Below are positions 1 to 7,704 of a DNA stretch of 42,536 bases, piece by piece (position 1 is the stretch's first letter; the number at the start of each line of letters is the position of its first letter). A model generated the notes under the pieces. That model was not told the DNA's origin. It worked only from the letters and a program-made list of their open reading frames with translations, and searched no databases. The DNA comes from Parcubacteria group bacterium (GTDB lineage Bacteria > Patescibacteriota > Minisyncoccia > Phycocordibacterales > Phycocordibacteraceae), in the NCBI GenBank assembly GCA_028286605.1, contig JAQBRE010000007.1, positions 1 through 42,536 on the forward strand, written 5' to 3'. Made by a program: the position numbers and the translations under genes.

Positions 1-118
1 CAAGGAAGTTGGAGGTGCCCGATATCTTGGTTTATCCAGGACTACGGCAAATTCAATGACAGGGAGTAAGTCGTAACAAGGCACGGCTAGCGGAAGCTGG
101 TCGTGGAACATATCCAAT
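1..118 (+). rRNA. rrs: 16S rRNA gene, 3' end (partial)
   Basis: Universal AAGTCGTAACAAGG at 68-81. Helix 45 is CACGGCTAGC-GGAA-GCTGGTCGTG (82-105, 10 bp, GGAA loop), preceded by a short helix 44. The tail reads GAACATATCCAAT where GATCACCTCCTTA is usual. The exact mature 3' end is inferred by alignment. Confidence 0.93.
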
Positions 119-335
119 CGGAACAGAGATGGTAGAGATACCACTCATGTCGATCATTCAACAGAGCAATTTGATGAATGGGGAAATGGCATTTATCCCT
201 AAATAATGCACGGACGCCGGAAAAACGCACCGGTGGGTGTTGGAAGTATCAATTGAGCTTCTAACACTCTGAATAGGCGGAACACAAGAGTACGTGTTCT
301 TGGCTCCACTTTCTTTTCTAGATTTTTGCTACGGT

Positions 336-389
336 AAAAGCCCCGTATGGAGAGATTTTCTTCGGAAGATCTCTCCATACGGGGCTTTT
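336..389 (+). terminator. Long hairpin terminator downstream of 16S
   Basis: AAAAGCCCCGTATGGAGAGAT-TTTC-TTCG-GAAG-ATCTCTCCATACGGGGCTTTT: ~25 bp stem with a cUUCGg loop, followed by a T-rich run. Confidence 0.85.
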
Positions 390-499
390 TCCTTTTCTGC
401 CAGATCTAACAAGTCTTGAAAAGCTTCAGAAATATTTTATATATTCCGCATCGTGCCACCATGTTGCACAAGCTATGCTAAAGGAATTAAAATATAACG

Positions 500-817
500 A
501 TGCTGACCGCCATGGAACAAAATTCTCTTGAGAAGCGCTTTGATCAGCTCACTGTCACGCTTGATAAACGCTTTGAAGCAATTGATAAACGATTTGATGC
601 CATGTATGAGTACATGAGTACTTCTTTCAATCAGATTCATCAGGATATGCGTGCAATACACGGACGACTCACGGATGTTGAAGAGAAGGCAATTGATACG
701 GAAGACCGTCTCACGGGAGTTGAGAAGGCAGTAGATACAGATTCTATAAAGCTTATGGATCATCAGAAACGAATTGGTCGTCTTGAAAAGAAAGAGAAAA
801 AGGAGAAGAAGGCATAG
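500..817 (+). CDS. Small coiled-coil hypothetical protein
   Basis: Heptad-like repeats (LEKRFDQL, LDKRFEAI, DKRFDAM; RLTDVE, RLTGVE) and a basic tail. The start could be 500 or 512. Confidence 0.7.
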   Translation: MLTAMEQNSLEKRFDQLTVTLDKRFEAIDKRFDAMYEYMSTSFNQIHQDMRAIHGRLTDVEEKAIDTEDRLTGVEKAVDTDSIKLMDHQKRIGRLEKKEKKEKKA

Positions 818-873
818 TTGGCCAAAGTGAGTATATTTGATACTATCCCTTCACGTGCGATAGATGCCAACAT

Positions 874-949
874 GCAAGCGTAGCTCAGTTGGTAGAGCAC
901 CCGACTGATACTCGGGCGGTCGAAAGTTCGAATCTTTCCGCTTGCACCA
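874..949 (+). tRNA. tRNA-Ile (anticodon GAU)
   Basis: Acceptor stem GCAAGCG/CGCTTGC, D arm TAGCTCAGTTGGTAGAGC, anticodon arm CCCGA-CTGATAC-TCGGG, T loop GTTCGAATC, encoded ACCA end. Confidence 0.95.
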
Positions 950-951
950 GA

Positions 952-981
952 GAAGAAAACCGCCGAAAGGCGGTTTTCTTC
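952..981. terminator. Intrinsic terminator after tRNA (bidirectional-type)
   Basis: GAAGAAAACCGCC-GAAA-GGCGGTTTTCTTC perfect inverted repeat. Confidence 0.85.
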
Positions 982-995
982 GTTCTCTCGAGCAA

Positions 996-1024
996 TTGAC
1001 ATATATGTTTATTTGTACTATTTT
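996..1024 (+). promoter_or_regulatory. Sigma70-type promoter for the 1071 ORF
   Basis: TTGACA (996-1001), 17 nt spacer, TATTTT (1019-1024). GGAGG at 1060-1064 precedes the GTG start. Confidence 0.5.
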
Positions 1025-1070
1025 GCGCATACGTTCTTTTCGTTCATAATCTTCAGAAGGGAGGTGCCAA

Positions 1071-1604
1071 GTGCACCACGAAGTGGTTATGGTCACCGCG
1101 CGTGACCTTAAGTGGAAGGACAAAGAAACAACTATGGTTGTTGTCGGTCCGGATACGGCTCGCGTATGCCGTGCTGCAGCACGTCGGTATGACGAACTGT
1201 CAGAAAATGCCGAGTTGGTGGTGACAGCTGGCTTCTCGGAGAAGTTCAAGGTAACTATGGGTAACGGTCCCATGTATCGATATCTGAGGCGCACATGTAG
1301 AATCGATATGGATCGAGTCTACATGCGAACGGCCGGAGACTTCAACACCAACGGTGAAATGAAAGCGCTCGCTAGCTATCTTGAAGATCTGCAATGCGAA
1401 TCGCCGGACGATACGTTCGAGATCCATCTGGCAGCTAGCTGGTGGCACTGGCTCCGCGCTTATGCAACGCTGACTGCCCGACTCAAGGACACTGATCTGA
1501 AGGTGACGAAGATTCACGCTGTCTTGGCGCCTTCTTGGTCACCGGCGATGTTTCTAGAACCGCTTGCTTGGGCGAAGAACATTCGCAAAGGCAATATCTT
1601 CTGA
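1071..1604 (+). CDS. Divergent DUF218/YdcF (ElyC/SanA-like) protein
   Basis: LVVTAG...M..YL, FNTNGE, ASWWHWLRA and LEPLAWAK follow the family pattern (G-motif, xNT.EN, TSxxHxxRA, ExxA..K). Confidence 0.6.
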   Translation: MHHEVVMVTARDLKWKDKETTMVVVGPDTARVCRAAARRYDELSENAELVVTAGFSEKFKVTMGNGPMYRYLRRTCRIDMDRVYMRTAGDFNTNGEMKALASYLEDLQCESPDDTFEIHLAASWWHWLRAYATLTARLKDTDLKVTKIHAVLAPSWSPAMFLEPLAWAKNIRKGNIF

Positions 1605-1626
1605 TGCTCGCACAGTCGCGAATTCA

Positions 1627-1663
1627 GCCCGCCGCTCCCTCCTTGGGATGCGGCGGGTTTCTG
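1627..1663 (+). terminator. Intrinsic terminator
   Basis: GCCCGCCGC-TCCC-TCCTT-GGGA-T-GCGGCGGGT followed by a T-rich run. Confidence 0.7.
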
Positions 1664-1709
1664 TTTATTAGTCGTTGAGCACGCGCAACGGTGCGCTATA
1701 CTTTTATAT

Positions 1710-2210
1710 ATGAAAGATCTAATGATCGTCCTTGGAACGATTGTGGCCGTTATCGTGATCGGGGCTTTGCTGTTCTTCTACGGACCGCAATCCTTCCGCG
1801 TTGCGCTCGGCAGCATGTCGCCACGTGTGACGCCTACTCTCCTAAAGGAGGGAACTAACGCTACGGGAATGTCGGACCGCGCGAACTATCGCATCACCGA
1901 TAATGATGAGCTGAATCAGCTTTGGAGCTATCTAGACAATACTCCGGGTTCCGCACCAAGCGTAGATTTCAGCAAAGATGAGGTGCTCGCTATCTTTGAC
2001 GGTACGCACACTACGGGCGGGTACAATATTCAGGTGAGCAGTATTACGGATGCGAATGGTACGCGCACGGTACATGTGTCTCGTATCGCACCCGGTGCGA
2101 ACTGTTTTACGACTGATTCGATCACGAGCCCGTATGAGATTATCGCGGTGCCGAAGAGCACGCTAAGTCTAACGCACGTTGATACGAGCGTTACGCAGAA
2201 TTGCCCTTAG
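1710..2210 (+). CDS. Membrane-anchored protein with PrcB C-terminal-like domain
   Basis: N-terminal TM helix. VDFSKDEVLAIFDG..TGGYNIQV...PG..C..T..ITSPY matches the PrcB_C pattern. TATACT lies 7 nt before the ATG. Confidence 0.7.
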   Translation: MKDLMIVLGTIVAVIVIGALLFFYGPQSFRVALGSMSPRVTPTLLKEGTNATGMSDRANYRITDNDELNQLWSYLDNTPGSAPSVDFSKDEVLAIFDGTHTTGGYNIQVSSITDANGTRTVHVSRIAPGANCFTTDSITSPYEIIAVPKSTLSLTHVDTSVTQNCP

Positions 2211-2914
2211 GCGCCCTGTTCGTCGAGACGCATCAGTTCTTGTAGCTTGCGCGCGTCTCCGCTCCATTCGTTACCACTCCAATATTCAAGAGAGGGAATA
2301 TTTGTCTTGTAGCGGGCCTTTCCCCCGTATGCGGTTCCTAAATAGAGATGCGTACGATTGTCCGCCGCTGCGCGGCGGACCGCATCAAGCATCAGCCACA
2401 TGCCAAGCGATGTATTCATGTATTCAAGGCTGTAGCAGGAATACCAATAGTGACTGAAGCTGTCCTCAGCTACCTCGAGCACGTAGGCAACTGGCTCGCC
2501 ATCTTTCGTATATACGGCTGCACGGAGCGGAAGGTCGCGTGCAAGAATCTGCTCGAGCCGCTCTGCGGGCATGACGTCTGCTCCGTGACGTTCAGCGAAG
2601 TACGTGAGCATGAGGATGCGGAAAGAAGAGGACGCGCGAAGCGCGTCCTCTTCGATATACGAACACTCGAACTGCTCATCGAACTTGCGCAGGATGCGTC
2701 GATTCTCGCTCGATGCAGTATAGGCAGCTACCGCCACGCGCACGCTGCGGCTCATATAGAAAAGGTTCGGATCCATGTCGACCGCAGAATACGGAAGGAA
2801 CCCTTGTGCGTACGAAACAGAAAGCTCATCGTGCGCTTCGCGCACGCCGTGTACGGTATAACCGAACGAATAGGAATCGTATTCGTGCCCGAACTCTGCA
2901 AAGCTGAGGCGCAT
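2207..2914 (-). CDS. ATE/Bpt-like aminoacyl-tRNA-dependent transferase (GNAT fold)
   Basis: C-terminal SLGMWLML...HLYLG.....KARYK matches ATE_C. SSENRRILRK matches the ATE S+SQRR segment. The N-terminal Cys motifs are not seen. Confidence 0.65.
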   Translation of the reverse strand: MRLSFAEFGHEYDSYSFGYTVHGVREAHDELSVSYAQGFLPYSAVDMDPNLFYMSRSVRVAVAAYTASSENRRILRKFDEQFECSYIEEDALRASSSFRILMLTYFAERHGADVMPAERLEQILARDLPLRAAVYTKDGEPVAYVLEVAEDSFSHYWYSCYSLEYMNTSLGMWLMLDAVRRAAADNRTHLYLGTAYGGKARYKTNIPSLEYWSGNEWSGDARKLQELMRLDEQGA

Positions 2915-2916
2915 AG

Positions 2917-4344
2917 CTAGGAGGTGGGGAAGCGCGTCTGTATCTTCTGCGCCAAAGAATCAAGCGTTCCTTCGAAATCTCCCGAGGTGAGAAGGAGTAC
3001 GACGTCGCTCTCTGCAAGTTTTGCTACGACCGCATCTACATTTTCAGAATCATATTCTTCTACGCGGATACCAGCATCCTGAATACGCTGCGCAATCTCA
3101 TCATAGGAAAGCTGATCGTGCGTGTTCGCGCCCTGAAGCGCAGGGGCTGCAAGGAAGACCGCACTCGCGCCATCGAAGACGGTGTCATACCAAGTTAGGT
3201 TCGCGCGATTACGCCATCCGAAGGTATGGGGCTCGAACATGATCACGAGCTGACGCGTCGCGAAATGCAGAAGGATCGCATCGATAGCGGCACGTGCTTT
3301 CTCGAATGATGAGCCGAAGCCTTCGAATACCGGCACCTGCGAAGCAGGTGCAATGTTATCAAGACGGCGACGCACGCCGGCGAAATCAGCAACCGCTCCG
3401 GCAAGTGCCTCAGGTGTAACTAACTCACGTGCCAGCACGTACGCGCTTGCCGCAACGATATCTTCCACATTATGCCGACCAAGCAGGCTGGTCTCAAGCG
3501 TTGCAACAGGATACTCGTCCTTAAGTAGAGTGAACGTGGTGCGTTCGCCGTATACTATTTCGCTCGCTCGGTAGATGCCTTCCTGGATGCCATACAGAAC
3601 AACTTTCTTTCCTGAAGCTTCCGCCATCGCACGTGCGCCAGGTTCGTCCGCACAGGCAACGATGATACCGTCTTCAGGCACGAGTGCGAGCAACTCTTCA
3701 AAGGGTGCCTGATAGCTTTCGTAAGTCGGGTACACGTTCACGTGGTCATGTACGACCGATGTTAGTACTAAATCTCTCGGATGCAGGTGCAGGAACTTCG
3801 CACGTGAGTCGTCATGCGCGCTCGGATATTCATCACCCTCAAGCACGAAGCTCGGTGCACTGCCGAGTTTCGCAGGAAGGGGAAGCGCCTTCGAAGGTAC
3901 GGGTTCGGCGCCGATAAAATATCCCGCATCAACGCCTGCGTGTCGCAGGATGTGCGCGATCAGGCTCGTCGTCGTGGATTTTCCATAGCTGCCGACGACC
4001 ACGACATTGTCGCGATCTTTCGTAAGCTCGCCGAGCACTTCGGGAAACGATTTTATAGGAAGACCCGTTTCATGAGCTGCACGCACCTCCGCATTCTCTT
4101 CCGGCGAAAGTTTCGCATTGCGGCCGATCATGAACATAGTCACGTCGTCAGGGATATTGGATGGATCGTACGAAAGGCGAAGCACGGAATCCAGTTCGCC
4201 ACGCTTCAGGATCTCTCGGGGAGGCCCGTAGCATTCGGCGTCGGAGCCGGTTACGTCCCAGCCGGACTCCTTCAATAACAGTGCGGTGCCGCTCATGCCG
4301 ACCCCGCAGAGCCCGATAACATGCGCATGTCCCTTTTCCTCCAT
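2917..4344 (-). CDS. mpl: Mur ligase family protein, Mpl-like (murein peptide ligase), divergent C-domain
   Basis: HVIGLCGVGMSG..VTGSD..CYGP, GSYGKSTTT P-loop, and FVLEGDEYPSAHDDSRAKFLH..P closely parallel Mpl (EADEYD.AFFDKRSKF.HY.P). GVRRRL is also present. Confidence 0.75.
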   Translation of the reverse strand: MEEKGHAHVIGLCGVGMSGTALLLKESGWDVTGSDAECYGPPREILKRGELDSVLRLSYDPSNIPDDVTMFMIGRNAKLSPEENAEVRAAHETGLPIKSFPEVLGELTKDRDNVVVVGSYGKSTTTSLIAHILRHAGVDAGYFIGAEPVPSKALPLPAKLGSAPSFVLEGDEYPSAHDDSRAKFLHLHPRDLVLTSVVHDHVNVYPTYESYQAPFEELLALVPEDGIIVACADEPGARAMAEASGKKVVLYGIQEGIYRASEIVYGERTTFTLLKDEYPVATLETSLLGRHNVEDIVAASAYVLARELVTPEALAGAVADFAGVRRRLDNIAPASQVPVFEGFGSSFEKARAAIDAILLHFATRQLVIMFEPHTFGWRNRANLTWYDTVFDGASAVFLAAPALQGANTHDQLSYDEIAQRIQDAGIRVEEYDSENVDAVVAKLAESDVVLLLTSGDFEGTLDSLAQKIQTRFPTS

Positions 4345-4360
4345 ATCCTCCTATCGTATC

Positions 4361-4390
4361 AAAGAAAAGGCCGGCTCCGAAGAGCCGGCC
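4361..4390 (-). terminator. Intrinsic terminator for the 4400..5209 gene
   Basis: On the minus strand: GGCCGGCTC-TTCG-GAGCCGGCC-TTTTCTTT. Confidence 0.85.
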
Positions 4391-4399
4391 AAAGTGGAC

Positions 4400-5209
4400 T
4401 TAGCGATGTCGCGCGAGAATGATCAGGTTGCGACTGTCTTTCATACCAGGTTCTCTGGTGGTTACGAAGCCGCTACCGCGCCGTATCATTCTGGAGGATG
4501 CTATCTCCCTGAAACGATACGGTTTTGCACTTGCCCTGAAAAGCAAATCAAGATCGAGTTTTCCCTCGATTCCTCTCATCACTTCCGGTCCGTAGCGCGC
4601 GTGCAACGAGTGCGCCAGCGCCTGGTTCTTTTCAGCCCATTCCGGATCCTCATGATTCAGAGGGTGGGTGAAAAGCTCAGGATCGATGCTAAAGAGAAGC
4701 CGAAGAGAGACTCTTCCCAACGGAACGCCTTTCTTCTTGTAGAATTCGGCGAGTGAGTCCACGATGGTTCGTTCGCCGACCAGCCCTGCTCGTCCGGCGT
4801 GAGTCCCTGTTAAGATTCCTCCGCCGTTACCGACGATGAATCCACAGCCAGCGTAACTACCCGAAATTCCTTCCCCGGGATCAACTGAAACACCGTCTAG
4901 AGGAAAGTCTGGATTGCGTAGCATGAGTACGCCGTATGGCATGTAAATCGGCGTATTCAGATCCTTCCGTTCGCCGATATTCATGCTAGAAGTAGCGACT
5001 GCAGGCGCCAGAACTTTATATACTCCTCGCGAAGCATGTTCTTGCGCCACGCGGGCCCGGAATATCGGCTTATCCAGATTCTTATAGGACCAACCGGTGT
5101 TATCGTGCGTCTGGTCAGGAGCGATGATGTGAATGGTGTACTCAACACCATCACCACTGCCCTTGAAGTAGCTCTTCCGAGCCCGTGGCATCAATGTGCT
5201 GTCGTTCAT
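4400..5209 (-). CDS. Divergent YfiH/PgeF (laccase-domain, FAMIN-like) protein
   Basis: DG.SV.PG...SYAGC...THAGRAG resembles the family DA..T..PG...TADC...HAGWRG. Later LDL and a terminal RNL segment are also family-like. Confidence 0.6.
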   Translation of the reverse strand: MNDSTLMPRARKSYFKGSGDGVEYTIHIIAPDQTHDNTGWSYKNLDKPIFRARVAQEHASRGVYKVLAPAVATSSMNIGERKDLNTPIYMPYGVLMLRNPDFPLDGVSVDPGEGISGSYAGCGFIVGNGGGILTGTHAGRAGLVGERTIVDSLAEFYKKKGVPLGRVSLRLLFSIDPELFTHPLNHEDPEWAEKNQALAHSLHARYGPEVMRGIEGKLDLDLLFRASAKPYRFREIASSRMIRRGSGFVTTREPGMKDSRNLIILARHR

Positions 5210-5245
5210 TTGAGCTCCCCTGATTTATTTTGAACGTCTGAGAAA

Positions 5246-5274
5246 ACCATACATTTCTTATCAGGTATCGTCAA
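5246..5274 (-). promoter_or_regulatory. Sigma70-type promoter for the YfiH-like gene
   Basis: Minus strand: TTGACG, 17 nt spacer, TATGGT. AGGGGAG lies 5 nt before the ATG. Confidence 0.55.
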
Positions 5275-5303
5275 TTCAGGCCGAAACTGCTACAGTCCTA
5301 TAT

Positions 5304-5987
5304 ATGAATGGCACCCTTTCCGTCGTCGCGACCCCGATAGGGAATCTCGGAGATATCACGCTCCGAGCGCTCGAAACGCTTAAGAATGCGGATGCTATCG
5401 CGTGCGAGGATACGCGTGTTTCGGCGAAGCTGCTGGCGCGATACGAGATCAGCAAGCCGTTGCTCGTGTATCACGCGCAGAGCGGCCGTTTGGCCGCTAC
5501 CCGCATACTCACCATGCTTGGGGAGGGGAAGCATATCGCGCTGGTAACAGACGCCGGTACGCCAGGCATTTCAGACCCCGGCACGATGCTGGTGGCCGAG
5601 GTTAGGGCAAAACTGGGCGATGATGTGCGCATCGAGGCTATTCCAGGCCCGTCTGCTGTTACTGCGGCGCTATCTATCGCAGGTGTCCCTACGGAACAGT
5701 TCGTCTTCCTTGGCTTCCTTCCGCACAAGAAAGGTCGTCAGACCCTCATGAAGGAGATCGCAGCGAGCGATCGCACCATCATTTTCTATGAATCTACGCA
5801 CCGAATCGAGAAAGCACTCGGTGAGTTGGAGGCAGTGCTGCCGGAAGAGCGAAAAACAGTGGTATTGCGGGAGCTTACGAAGATGTTCGAGTCCGTTATC
5901 AGCGGATCTGCGTCAGAGGTGAAGGAATACTTCGCTACACATCAAAAAGAAGTGAGGGGAGAATTTGTCGTGATAATCGCGCCTTGA
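5304..5987 (+). CDS. rsmI: 16S rRNA (cytidine1402-2'-O)-methyltransferase
   Basis: VVATPIGNLGDITLRA, ACEDTR, DAGTPGISDPG, IPGPSA, FYES.HR, RELTK.FE, RGEFV. Confidence 0.96.
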   Translation: MNGTLSVVATPIGNLGDITLRALETLKNADAIACEDTRVSAKLLARYEISKPLLVYHAQSGRLAATRILTMLGEGKHIALVTDAGTPGISDPGTMLVAEVRAKLGDDVRIEAIPGPSAVTAALSIAGVPTEQFVFLGFLPHKKGRQTLMKEIAASDRTIIFYESTHRIEKALGELEAVLPEERKTVVLRELTKMFESVISGSASEVKEYFATHQKEVRGEFVVIIAP

Positions 5988-5999
5988 TACACTAGAGGC

Positions 6000-6203
6000 A
6001 TGACTCGTGAACGCCTCTTGATGCTCCTTGGAATCTTGATATTGGTATCGCCGTTCGTCGGCTTGCCGCTCACTATCCTTACTTGGATTCTTCCGGTACT
6101 CGGTGGTCTTACGTTTGGTATCGGCGCTTCGTACGTGATGCGCAAACGAAACGAAATGAATGAACGTGTGCAGCGCTCCCCGGAGCTAAGCGGACGATTC
6201 TGA
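6000..6203 (+). CDS. Small two-TM membrane protein
   Basis: Two hydrophobic segments with a central PFVGLP. TACACT lies 6 nt before the ATG. Confidence 0.7.
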   Translation: MTRERLLMLLGILILVSPFVGLPLTILTWILPVLGGLTFGIGASYVMRKRNEMNERVQRSPELSGRF

Positions 6204-6204
6204 T

Positions 6205-7314
6205 ATGTTTCCTTCAAAGTTTTTGCCTTCCTTCAGTGTTGATCGCCGCAAGCTCGTGCTTGTTCTTGGTACAGCTTTTTTCGTCGTGCTTATTTATATA
6301 ATCGGATTCTCGAATGTGTTCGCGGTTGAATACAGCAAGGACAACGCCTCGGCTACACTCGGCGGCGTCGCACAGAAAGTTGCTGCTGCCGTACAGGCGC
6401 CGCAAACCATTAATCCTGCGCAGTACGATTTGAAGATGCAGGCGATCGCGAACTACGCTTCTACCACTTCAACAACCACGACGCGCCTCTGGCCAGCGAA
6501 AGGTGCGATAGGTATTTACCCCACAGCAGGCGCATTGCTTCCTGATCATCGCATCATCGCGTACTACGGTAATTTCTATTCAACAAAGATGGGTATTCTT
6601 GGACAGAATCCGCCGAGCGTCATGATTCCGCAGCTGCAGGCAGTGGTAGCGAAGTGGAATGCAGCGGATCCTTCTACACCGGCGATTCCTGCTATCGACT
6701 ACATTGCCGTTACTGCGCAGGGAAGCCCGGGTGCAGATAATAAGTATCGTTTCCGCATGCCACCAGACCAAGTGAATGAAGCGATTTCGCTTGCGAACCA
6801 AGTGCACGGCATCGTCATTCTCGACATTCAAATAGGGGACAGCAATCTGCAGACCGAGCTTCCGCTTCTTACTCCGTATCTTAAACAGGCGAACGTGCAT
6901 CTTGCGATAGATCCGGAATTCGCCATGCATAACGGCGCAGTGCCTGGTTCGGTCGTCGGCACGTTCAGTTCTGCAGATATAAACTATGCAGCAACGTTCC
7001 TTCAGAAGATCGTGCAGGATAACAATCTTCCGCCGAAGATTCTGGTGGTGCATCGCTTCACTCAGAATATGGTGACCGGCTATCAGAATATCAAGCCGCT
7101 TCCCGAAGTGCAGATCGTGATGGACATGGACGGCTGGGGTTCGCCTGCAAAGAAGCTGAATACGTACCAAACATTCATCGCTTCGCAGCCTGTGCAGTTC
7201 ACCGGATTCAAGCTCTTCTATAAGAATGATCTCAAGCCGCCTTCTACGCGTATGCTCACGCCGAGCGAGCTCCTGAAACTCACGCCGCAGCCTCTTTTCA
7301 TTCAGTATCAGTAG
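6205..7314 (+). CDS. Membrane-anchored extracytoplasmic protein, possibly TIM-barrel hydrolase-like
   Basis: N-terminal TM, Thr linker, then a globular domain with RIIAYYG, ILDIQIG, HLAIDPEF, VHRF, MDGWG and GFKLFY. Function not established. Confidence 0.7.
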   Translation: MFPSKFLPSFSVDRRKLVLVLGTAFFVVLIYIIGFSNVFAVEYSKDNASATLGGVAQKVAAAVQAPQTINPAQYDLKMQAIANYASTTSTTTTRLWPAKGAIGIYPTAGALLPDHRIIAYYGNFYSTKMGILGQNPPSVMIPQLQAVVAKWNAADPSTPAIPAIDYIAVTAQGSPGADNKYRFRMPPDQVNEAISLANQVHGIVILDIQIGDSNLQTELPLLTPYLKQANVHLAIDPEFAMHNGAVPGSVVGTFSSADINYAATFLQKIVQDNNLPPKILVVHRFTQNMVTGYQNIKPLPEVQIVMDMDGWGSPAKKLNTYQTFIASQPVQFTGFKLFYKNDLKPPSTRMLTPSELLKLTPQPLFIQYQ

Positions 7315-7315
7315 C

Positions 7316-7344
7316 TAGACGATAGGGTACTTAGGGCGTATCGT
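7316..7344 (+). promoter_or_regulatory. Sigma70-type promoter for the 7379 ORF
   Basis: TAGACG, 17 nt spacer, TATCGT. AAGGAGG at 7367-7373. Confidence 0.45.
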
Positions 7345-7378
7345 TTGCTTAGGATAGGCAGGTTTCAAGGAGGGGACC

Positions 7379-7618
7379 ATGGGCAACATGACAGACCAGA
7401 AATCGAAGGCTCGCGAGGCGCAAGCGTTGGGCATATTCAATTCTCTGACGCACGGACTGAAGGATGACATGATCGACCGCATCAAGAATGGTTCCACAAC
7501 AAATGGTGACCGTGCTTTCGTTACGGTGCGGCAAGCCATCTGTGCGTGGAATGACTTTCTCATCACTTCTGACGGCGAGATTGAAACGCCCGGTAAGCCG
7601 ATTCATATGCGCGCATAG
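7379..7618 (+). CDS. Hypothetical protein (79 aa)
   Basis: Fills the intergenic gap and has an SD-like AAGGAGG, a promoter-like site and a downstream terminator. Confidence 0.55.
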   Translation: MGNMTDQKSKAREAQALGIFNSLTHGLKDDMIDRIKNGSTTNGDRAFVTVRQAICAWNDFLITSDGEIETPGKPIHMRA

Positions 7619-7640
7619 CCAACGCAAACGAATAAGAAGC

Positions 7641-7669
7641 CCGCGCACTGAAAAGTGCGCGGATTTTCT
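7641..7669 (+). terminator. Intrinsic terminator
   Basis: CCGCGCACT-GAAA-AGTGCGCGG followed by ATTTTCT. Confidence 0.75.
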
Positions 7670-7704
7670 ATTATTCATGAGCGTCGAGCGGTATAATAGA
7701 GGTA

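Noticed and set aside
1-206. Possible partial protein-coding ORF at the window start
   Set aside because: The sequence is explained by 16S helices 44-45 and the trailer.
851-1294. Minus-strand ORFs 851..1294 and 763..1002
   Set aside because: They overlap the tRNA and terminator in antisense and show no protein motifs.
2348-2920. 190-aa plus-strand ORF
   Set aside because: Antisense shadow of the ATE-like gene.
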